From the human T2T-CHM13v2.0 reference genome, Homo sapiens: a DNA stretch of 64,000 nucleotides. The notes beneath the pieces were generated by a model that had not been told where the DNA came from, did not search any database, and was given only the letters and a program-made list of their open reading frames with translations. The DNA is taken from the NCBI RefSeq assembly GCF_009914755.1, contig NC_060925.1; one strand, written 5' to 3'. This document shows, piece after piece, positions 53,862 through 64,000 of this stretch. The translations under genes and the position numbers were made by a program. Positions within the stretch are counted from its first letter, which is position 1. The number at the start of each line of letters is the position of its first letter.

Positions 53862-56800
53862 GATAGTCTTATTTACTTAGCATGTCTTCAAGGTTCATAA
53901 ATGTTGTAGCATAAATCAGTATTTCATTCCTTTTTGTGGCAAATAATATTTCATTTTATGGATATATCACATTTTATCTATCCATGCATAAATTGATAAG
54001 CATTTGCATTGTTACCACTTTTTGACAATTATGAATAATAGTACCGTAGATATTTATACACAAGATTTTATATAAATGTGTAAGTTTTTTAATTCTCTTG
54101 GTTTTATACCTAGAAGTGAAGTTGCTGAGTGTCATGGTAACTCTATGTTTAACATTTTAGAGATCAAACAATTTTGCAAAGCAGTTGCACAAGTTGACAT
54201 CCCCACCAACAATATATAAGTGTTCCCATTTCTCCACATTCTCTCTAACACTAGTTATTGCCTACCTATGTAATTATAACTATCCTGGTGGGTATAAAGT
54301 GGCATTTGATTGTGGTTTTGACTTGCATTCCTTAATGACTAATGTTGTTGAACATCTTTTCAGATGTTTTTTTGCCAATTTGTATATCTTCTTTAGAGAA
54401 ATACTTATTCATAGCCTTTGTGTACTTTTAAATGCGTATTTGTCTTTTTATTGTTGATTTGTAAGAATTCTAAATATATTCTGGATACAAATCTCTTATT
54501 AGATATGTAATTTACATTTTTTTCTCACTTTATAGGGTTTCCTTTTTACTTTCTTACAGTGTTTTTTGTGATGCAGAAGTTTTTAGTTTGACAAAAAACA
54601 ATTTACCTGGGTTTTTTCCCCTTTGGTTGGTTGTACTTTCAGTGTTGTATCTAACAAGTCATTACTTAACTAAAAGTCATGAAGATTTACTTTATAAAAT
54701 GTTTATAGTTTTAGCTGTAATGTTGGTCTGTGATTAATTTCAGTTAATGCTGTGTATGGTGTATAAAATGGGTTCATCTTCATTCTTTTGCATATGGATT
54801 TTCAGTAGTTCCAGCACAATTAACTGAAAAAAAAAATCTCTCCATTAAATAATTTGACATTTTTGTTTAAAATCAATTGACCATATAGATAAGGATTTAT
54901 TTCTGGATTCAAAATTCTGTTCCATTGATTGATAAATCTATTGTTAGGCCAGTACCACTCTGACTTGATTATTTTAACTTTGTAGACTGTTTTGAAATCA
55001 TGAAGTGTGATTCCTATAACTTTATTCTTTTTCCAATATTATTTTGGATATTCTGGGTCCCTTGAAATTTTATATGAATTTCAGAATTAGTTTTTACACT
55101 TAGGCAAAAAAGCTGAGATTTTTATAGAGATTGTGTTGAATCTGTAGACCATCATGGGGAGTAATATTGTCATGTTAACATATTAAGTCCTCTAATCTAT
55201 AAATATGGAATATTTTTCTATTCCTTTAGATCTTATAATTTCTTCCAATAACGTTATATAGTTTTCTGAATATGTGTTTTACATTTCTTTAAACATATTC
55301 CTAAATATTTTATTATTTTTGATGCTATTGTAGATGCAATTGTTTTCTTAATATTATTTTCAGGTTGTTCATTGCCAGTGTGTAGAAACACAGTTGATTT
55401 TCATCTATTGGTCTTGTATCCTGCAACCTTGCTGAAATTGTTTACTGGTACTAATAGTTTTTTAGTGGAGTCCTTAAGACTTGCTATGTACAAGGTCCAT
55501 GTTGCTTAAGTAGAAATAATTTATTTATTCCTTTCCAATTGAGTCTTTTACTACTACTGCTAGCCTAATTGCTCTGGCTAGAGCAATGGAAGTATATTGG
55601 ATTTTGTTTAAAAAAATTACCTATTGACATGATCACGATTTCTGTCCTTTATTCTATTAATATTGCATGTTACATTCTTTTCATATGTTAATTCAACCTG
55701 AGATAAATTGCATTTGAGCATGGTGTGAATTTTTTTTTGCGTGTGTTGCTGGATTCAGTTTGTAAATATTTTGGAAGAGATTTTTGTGTCAATAATCATA
55801 AAAAATACTGGTACAGTATACCCTTTCCCTGAGTTGCCTTGTCTGATTATGGTATCAGGGCAATACTGACTGCATAGAATAAGGGCATAAGTGTTTCTTC
55901 CTTTTCCATTTTCAGAAGAGTTTGTAAAGGATTGGTATTAACTTTTAAATGTTTGATAAAAATTGCCAATGAAGTTACCTGGAATGGAAATGTTGTTTGC
56001 AGACATTTTAAAATTCCTAATTAAGTCCTTGCTTATTATAAGTCTGTTTAGATTTTCAATTTCTTATTGAGTCAGTTTTGAATGTAACTTTTTAGGAACA
56101 TGGTAATTGTATCATAGATTTACTGGCATACAGTACTTCATAGTATTTCCTTATAGTCATACTTACTTCTGTAAAGACATTAGTAATGTCAACTATTCAT
56201 TCCCGATTTAGCAATTTGAGTCTTCTGTCTTGTTAGCATGATCATAATGGCTAAATGTTTGTCAATTTTGTTGATTTTTTAAAAAAATCTCTTGGTTTTG
56301 TTCATTTTCTGTATTGTTTTTTCTCTATTTTATTTATTTCCACTATAATCTTTATTATTTTCTTTGTTCTGTTTCATTTGGATTTAGTTTGACCTTTTTT
56401 TTCTGGTTTCTCAAGGTGAAAGTTTAGGTAATCGATTTAAAGTTTTTCTTCTTTTTTAAATACAGGCATTTACACAACTAAATTTCACTCTAAGCATTGT
56501 TTTAGCTGTATATCACAAATTTTAGCATGTTGTGTTCTCATTTTTTTATCTCAAAGTATTTTCTAATTTACTTTGTAATGCCTTCTTTTACTCATTGGTT
56601 ATTTAGGAGCACATTGTTTAATATCCACATATTTGTGAGTTTCCTGAAGTTCCTTTAATTGTTCTAACTTAATTCTATTTTGTCCAGAGAACATACTTCA
56701 TATGATTTTAACACTGTTAAATTTGCTGACACATATTTCTTAGCCCAGTATGTTGTTTATTCTGGATAATGTTCCATGTATGCTTGACAATGTATACTCA

Positions 56801-56992
56801 GCAAATTAAAGTGTTCTGTAGATGTCCATTTGTTTTAACTGGTTTAAAGGGCTCTGCATTCTCATTGGTCTTCTAAATAGTCACATCATTGAAAGTAGGT
56901 TGTTAAAGCCTCCAATTATTATTGTTGCATTGCCCATTTCATGCCTTCAATTTTGTTAGTCTTGCTTAATGCATTTTTGGGTTCTGTTGTTA

Positions 56993-57409
<417 letters not shown>

Positions 57410-58309
57410 TTAGTATAGTCACTCCAACTCTCTTAAGATTGCTATTTGCATGACACAAAATTTTTCATTCTTTAACTTTCAACCTATTTTTATCTTTGAA
57501 TCTAAAGTGTGCTGTCAATAGACAGTGTGTAGTTGAATCTTGTTTTTTGCACAATCTAACAATTCCTGTCTTTGGTTAGATTGTTAAAAACATTAGCATC
57601 TAATGTTATTAATATGGTTTGACTTATGGCTGTCATTTTGCTTTTCATTTTCTATACGTCTCATGGTTCATTCTTCTCTTCCTCCTTGACTAAACTGTCC
57701 CTTCCAGGCAAAAACTGCTGCCTTAGACTGGGAGATGAGAGTGAAGTAAGCTTCCTTTTCTTGGCTGAATCCATTGAGAATAGGGCTTAAATCACACTGA
57801 GCTGGGGATCAGGCATGTCTTTAATATAACAGACTTCCATAGTTCTTACTCAGACTTAGTATTATAGATTTTCTTGAATAAATATTTCTCAATTTCCTCT
57901 ATGTTCTTAGAACAGTTTCCAGTGACTAAATTTTTTTTTAACAATTTTCAACAGTTATAGTTCTTTCACTGGGGAGAGGGTTCACAGAGGTCATTACACA
58001 CCCATCCCAGAAATGTTTCTGCCATACCATTTTATATGTATTCTGAGGAACTTGAGACAATGCGCATAAGTTCTTATCAGTGTCAGAGCAATATAAAGTA
58101 TATCCAATATATGCTTCTCGGATTCCTCATCTCTGATTTTCAATTTCTCTTCTGACATGGAAAAATATAAAGAAAGAAAGGACATCTGGGCACTTCTTTT
58201 TTACTTTATACTTTCAATTGACGAGTTGGAAAAGACAGTGGAACTGAACAACCCAAATGCCTGCTAGAGATTTTCAGCTTTCCACAGCTCTCGCTAAAAG
58301 TGTTGCTAT

Positions 58310-58610
58310 GGCCAGGCACAGTGGCTCACACCTATAATCCCAGCACTTCGGGAGGCTGAGGAAGTGGAACACTTTAGACCAGGAGTTTGAGACCAGCCTG
58401 GTCAATATAGCAAAACCTTGTCTCTACTAAAAATACAAAAATTAGTTGGGCATGGTGGCGCATGCCTGTAATCCCAGCTACTTGGGAGCCTGAGTCATAA
58501 GAATTGCTTGAACCTGACAGGCAGAGGTTGCAGTGACCTGAGATCACACCACGGCACTACAGCTTGGGTGACAGAGTGGGACTCTGTCTCAAAGAAAAAT
58601 TAAAATAAAT
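58310..58610 (+). mobile_element. AluS
   Basis: Dimeric Alu; TSD AAAGTGTTGCTAT / AAAGTGTTTATAT. Confidence 0.95.
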
Positions 58611-59054
58611 AAAGTGTTTATATGTAAGCATAAATCATATTCATAACAGCACTTCTGTTGGGTAGATTGATGGTACTTTTATACCTCCTGAATTAAAGTT
58701 CATATAAATGTGTGCTGGAAATGTCTAGACTGAAATATGATATCTGAACCTGTCAATGTCTGAGAGAAACCTTTTATATCAATCTGAATAGTTTAGATTT
58801 GATCTTTACCCCTAACTCTTGTAGAGTTCTTGAAAATGTACTACAAATAATGCCTATAGCGGCAAAAGGACCTTTACTCTAAGGTATATGTGTCACAGTT
58901 GCTAAAGAACAATATTAGAAGTACATAAAAAATTCTACCAGGAATATGAGCCACTTTTGCCTCTAATAAGGTACCTGTTAAGAATATAACTCATAATCTA
59001 ATAAGAGACAAGTGGCAAATACAGTTAATGTAAATTTTTATTTTAAAAAAATGG

Positions 59055-59640
59055 TATTTCAAGTTTCAGCTCCAACATGTAAAGAGCTTTGAAGTTGTCA
59101 CGTGGGTACTTAGAAGAAAAAATAACTGAACAAATTGGGGGGAAAATAATTTTCTTGAGGTTGCAGGGCAAACCAGCTTTCAGAAATCTGGAAAGATGGA
59201 CAAATTCACAAAAACACAGCTGAATTCAGTTGATCTGGTACAGAAGCTGCTGGAAATATAAACTTGTAGAGACAGTTAAATAGTAATGTTGATGAATGGA
59301 TGAGGGTTAAGTGTAGACTTCCTTCAGAGTGAAAGATGCCTTGGAGCTGCATTCTCAATACTTTCATGGAAATCCAGCAGGTTTGAAAAGCCAAGAAAGC
59401 TCACTTCTTATTTTTGGCAGGAAGAGGTGAAAGATACCATTTTGAAGTATGACCAATGTGTTCTCCAGATGAATAATAAAGGTCCATTGTCCAGTGAAAA
59501 ATATTTCACCAGAGCTTTATCTCACATAGGCAGAAAAGCAACTTCAGCCCACCTCTAGCCTTCCTGTGTCATCCAAGGTGCCGGTGGGTGGTGGGGAGGG
59601 AGCAAAGGTGAAAAACTTAGGTCACAGACCAGGGACTTGT
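59055..59640 (+). mobile_element. Old L1M (L1MC/L1MD-like) 5' end fragment
   Basis: CAGCTCCAACATGTAAAGAGCTTTGAAGTTGTCAC start motif. Confidence 0.65.
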
Positions 59641-59780
59641 TATCAAAGAGGTTTCATGACTTACTTGCTCATGGTCACATGTCCAGTTGAAGTATAAAAG
59701 CATATTTAGTAGTTCCAAAATAGACCTTCTTGAGGCTTCTAATATAGAACTGAATTTAAAATAAAACAAAAATAGCTTTT

Positions 59781-61508
59781 CTTTTGCAACAGGTTTGCCA
59801 CCAGAACACAGGTATTGTAAAAACCACCCCTAAAAGCCACAATGGAAAGTGAATAAAATTTGTATCCACATGGTTGCCTTGGACCCCAGGTTCAGGCAAG
59901 TCCACCACTACCAGCCATCTGATCTATAAATGTAGTAGCATTGACAAAAGAACCACTGAAAATTTTGAGAATGAGGCTGCTGACATGGGAAAGGGCTCCT
60001 TCAAGTATTCCTGGGTCTTGAATAAACTGAAAGCTGAGCCTGAGTATGATGTCACCATTGATATTCCCCTCTGGAAATCTGAGACCATCAGATACGACTA
60101 TCATTGATGCCCCAGAACACAGAGACTTTATCAAAAACATGATTACAGCCACATCTCAAGCTGGCTGTGCTGTCCTTATTGTTACTGCTCACATATACAT
60201 CACAGTAGATGAATTTGAAGCTGGAATCTCCAAGAATGGGCAGAGCCATGAGCATGTCCTTCTGGCTTCCACACTGAGTGTGAAAGAACTAATTGTTGGT
60301 TAGCAAAATGGATTCTGCTGAGCCACTCTACAGCCAGAAGAAATACAAGGAAATTGTTAAGGAAGTTAGCACTTACAGTAATTGGTTACAAACCTGCCAT
60401 AGTAGCATTTGTGCCAATTTCTGGTTGGAATAGAGACAACATGCCAGAGCCAAGTGCTCACATGCCTTGGTTCAATGGGTGGAAAGTCACCTGTAAAGAT
60501 GGCAATGCAGTGGAACCACACTGCTAGAAGCTCTGGATTGCATCCATCCAAACCAATGCCTTCAACTGACAAGTTGCATCTGCCTTTCCAGGATGTCTAC
60601 AAAATTGGTAGTATTGGTAATGTGCCTTTGGGCTGAGTGGAAACTGGTGTTCTCAAACCCAGCATGGTGTTCCCTTTGCTCTAGTCAATGTTACAACTGA
60701 AATAAAGTCTGTTGAAAGGCACCATGAAGCTTTGAGTGAAGCTCTTCCTGGGGACAGCATGGGCTTCAATATCAAGAATGTGTCTGTCAAAGATGTTCGT
60801 TGTGGCAATGTTGTTGGTGACAGCAAAAATGACCCACCAATGGAAGCAGCTGGCTTCACTGCTCAAGTGATTATCCTGAACCATCCAGGCCAAATCCCTG
60901 TTGGCAGTGCCCCTGTACTGGATTGTCACACAGCTCACCTTACTTGCAAGTTTGCTGAACTGAAGGAAAAGATTGATTGCCATTCTGGTAAGAAGCTGGA
61001 AAATGGCCCTAAATTCTTGAAATCTGGTGATGCTGCCATTTGTTGATGAGGTTCCTGGCAAGCCACGCATGTTGAGGACTCCTCTGACTATCCTCCTCTG
61101 CGTCCTTTGGCTGTTCGTAATGCGAGATAGACAGCTGCCGTGGTGTCATCCAAGTAGCGGACAAGAAGGCTGCTAGGAGCTGGCAAGTTCACCAAGTCTC
61201 CCCAGAAAGCTCAGAAGGCTAAATGAATATTATCCCTAATACCTGCCAACCCAGTCTTAACAGTTGTGGAAGAAGAGCCTCAAAACTCTTTGTTTCAACT
61301 GGCCATTTAAAAGACTGGCTAATGATAATAATGCATCATAAAACCTTTAAAAGGAAAGGAGAATGTTTTGTGGGCCATTTTTTGTTTTTTTGTTTTTTTG
61401 CATGTGGCAGTTTTAACTTATTAGTTTTTTAAAAACAACTTGACCAAAAATCTGTCACAGAATTTGAGACCCATTAAAACAAAGTTTAATGAGAAAATAA
61501 ATAAAAAA
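59781..61508 (+). pseudogene. EEF1A1: Full-length processed pseudogene of eukaryotic translation elongation factor 1 alpha 1 (EEF1A1P-type; locus number not determinable)
   Basis: 5'TOP leader CTTTTGCAACAGGTTTGCCACCAGAACACAG joined directly to exon 2. ATG at 59842. Peptides [23 protein letters not shown] and [25 protein letters not shown] stop at 61224-26, then 3'UTR with ATTAAA and an A-rich tail. No introns; multiple stops and frameshifts. Confidence 0.98.
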
Positions 61509-61539
61509 GAAGGTTTGTAAATAAAAATAAAATACTTCA

Positions 61540-61707
61540 TCAAACCTAAGCCATAAAAATACATATTTTTCCCTGAGTCTTTGGGTCTTCACTTCTGAAA
61601 ACCCCCATATCATGTAAAACTTCTGTTAAACAAATTTGTTATGCTTTTCTCTTGTTAATCTTTCTTGTATATGGGTGAGAGAAAGCTATTACTTTTTCTC
61701 TTCTGTA
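61540..61707 (+). mobile_element. ERV1-class LTR 3' portion (MER34/MER39-like)
   Basis: CCCTGAGTCTTTGGGTCTTCACTTCTGAA...ATGCTTTTCTCTTGTTAATCT...ATGGGTGAG motif order. Confidence 0.65.
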
Positions 61708-62542
61708 AGTTCAAAATATTTATTTTATATTGAGACATAGCAGCAAATATTTGTGGATCAGCACAAGTCTCTGGAACCAAGTCTTTTGGAAAGAGTGGTT
61801 GATTAAAGTATTTTTATTTGGCCAGTGCCAAAAAATAACTATAAAATAACTAATTTTCAAATATGTGCTATAAATTAGTTCTAAATAAATATAAATATTG
61901 AAAATAATTTAGGTTTCTAATTAGTCTTTCCAGACTGCATCAACCTAGAGAAGTTATATAAGTCACCATAAGCGAAACAAGCTGTTTTTACTGGTTCGGC
62001 TCTCATCTTCAGAATTGTTATCCGTAATGACACTTCTAGCTTCTGCTCCAGTCTCTCTGGAATACTTGGGAAAACTCAGAAGATGTCTCATATAGTGGCC
62101 TTCGAAGACATTATCAGGGTACTTACCATTCAGTATGCACCTATCTGACTCTGAGGATGGCTACAAGGATCTCAGGTCACTTTTTGCAGAGGCTCCAGGC
62201 CTGTACCCAGGGGAAATGACCCTCCAAAAGTGGTAGTTCTTGCTCCTTGCTTGAATTGCAGGGGATGAATAGAAGAAAATGGTCTAGATATTCTGAGTAA
62301 TTTACATTATGATCACCTCAAGATTATCTTTCCATCTGTCCTTGGGTCAGGCTGCATTATTCTCTCTTAAAATAAAATTTTTCCCATGAAAAGATTAGTC
62401 CATCCTATAATAGAGCTAAAGAAACCTTCTAGATGTGACAAATTATAGCTATTCTTTCAGCTTTAGTTACATATTTGATCAGAAACCTCTTAATATACTA
62501 ATACAGGTAAAACAGTAAAATTCAAGGTATTGGAATTTTTCT

Positions 62543-62989
62543 TTTTTTTAGAACACATGTACTTTTTTGATTTAACTTTTATTTTAAGTTCAGGGGTACA
62601 TATGTAGGTTTGTTACGTAAGTAAACGTGCGTCATGGGGGTTTGTTTTACAGATTATTGTATCATCCAGCTATTAAGCCTAGTACTCATTAGTTAGTTTT
62701 CCTGATCCTCTCCCACCTCTCCACCTCCACCTTCCAATAGGCCCCAGTGTGTGTTGCTCCCCTCTGTGTGTCCATGTGTTACCCTTTAAGTCCCACTTGT
62801 AAATGAGAACATGTGGTATTTGGTTTTCTGTTCCTGTGTTAGTTTGCTAAGGATAATGGCCTCCAGATTCATCCATGTTCCTGCAAAGAACATAATCTTG
62901 TTCTTTTTTATGGCTGCATAGTATTCCACAGTGTATACATACCACATTTTCTTTATCCAGTCTACCATTGACGGGCATTTAGGTTGATT
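62543..62989 (-). mobile_element. 5'-truncated L1PA13-16-like element
   Basis: ORF 62786..62968 is the ORF2 C-terminus; antisense 3'UTR; TSD TATTGGAATTTTTCT (62528-42) / TATTAGAATTTTTCT (62993-63007). Confidence 0.93.
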
Positions 62990-64000
62990 GGCTATTAGAA
63001 TTTTTCTATAGGTGCTATTATTTTCCTAATAGAAATATTTATATTTAACATGTACAAAAAAACCATATAAACAGAAAGTAAATAGGAAAGTCTGTTTTAC
63101 TCTAGAAGTTTCTGACTTTCCAGCACATACTACCAAAATATATACCATTTTTTTTCCAGAGCAGTATAGCAACAACTCATTCAAGATTTTGAATATTGTC
63201 TTTACAAACCTTATTATACATCATAAATTAATCTCCTAAATAAAAAATTTCTCCATTACTATTTCATCCATTATCAACTGCTAAGCTCTCATCTCTTCAA
63301 GAACGACACATTCCTTCAGTCCTAGATCTACCTGTATCACTTACACTTCTTAAGGTATATTTATACTGTGACCTCAACCTCACTCTGCTTCCAGCTGCAC
63401 AATGTTTTAATTTTTATTTCATGTCATCTCTGTTGGACATACATTTAAGACATCTAGTGGTATGAAAAAGCACTCAGGTTCTTCCTATCTGTGAAATTCT
63501 GTGTTCTAGGACCAAAGATAAATCACCTATGGGCAAGGAAAGCTTTTTATGTTGTTCTTCTTGGGCCTATTTAGCTTAAAGCATTTACTGAATCATATGC
63601 TACAGGGTTCAACTGTTTTCCAGAAGATCCAATAACTTGGAGATATAAAATAATAAAAATTAAAAAAAATAAGTAAAACAATTTGAAGCACTGTCTCAAA
63701 GTAAGGAAAAAAAGAACATAACTCACTGAGAATAATGGGCAGAGTAAGTTATATTAAACTTTCCTAAACAATTATGATGGTAGAATAGAGCATATTTTCA
63801 TTTCAAAGCACTAATGTCTCAAACACATGTTTTATAAATAAACTTTTTAAAAATGTTTTATTTTGAAATATTATGGGAAATGAGTATTATTTTTGTCTCC
63901 TTTTCATTTTTGTCAGTAATTATTTGCTTCAGAATAGTTTCTTATTATTAAATGTTAAGGTTAGGCTAACTCCCTTTGTGCATGTGGAAATGTAGAGGCT

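Noticed and set aside
59874-61046. EEF1A1-like ORFs as a functional paralogue
   Set aside because: There are multiple frameshifts and stops, and the GTP-binding motifs are altered or split.

Overview
This is AT-rich, CpG-poor primate DNA, probably human: it carries AluJ/AluS, L1PA and THE1/MST elements. More than half of it is recognisable interspersed repeat, and I find no intact protein-coding gene, RNA gene or CRISPR array. The main contents are two L1PA elements with 5' inversions (about 9.1-15.7 kb and 36.3-40.4 kb), a large old L1M scaffold (42.6-50.3 kb) carrying nested insertions, a Tigger2 > MST > Alu nest, and an ERV-L pol remnant. There are two processed pseudogenes: RPL23A at about 44.6-45.06 kb and a full-length EEF1A1 at about 59.8-61.5 kb. 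The protein-like ORFs in the track are L1, EEF1A1 or RPL23A remnants. The least explained structure is an ancient inverted duplication (42468-42747 vs 45320-45536). It borders an L1-RPL23A-L1 cassette, and one arm preserves the empty site of a micro-Alu found in the other. Other candidates are a compact CCAAT/CRE/GATA/GC-box/KLF cluster next to a 42-nt exon-like cassette (about 30.5 kb), a + strand bias of retroelements suggesting a minus-strand host transcript, and several junction-level retrotransposition signatures. I see no evidence for a new protein-coding system. Repeat subfamily names are from memory of consensus sequences and need RepeatMasker/Dfam confirmation.
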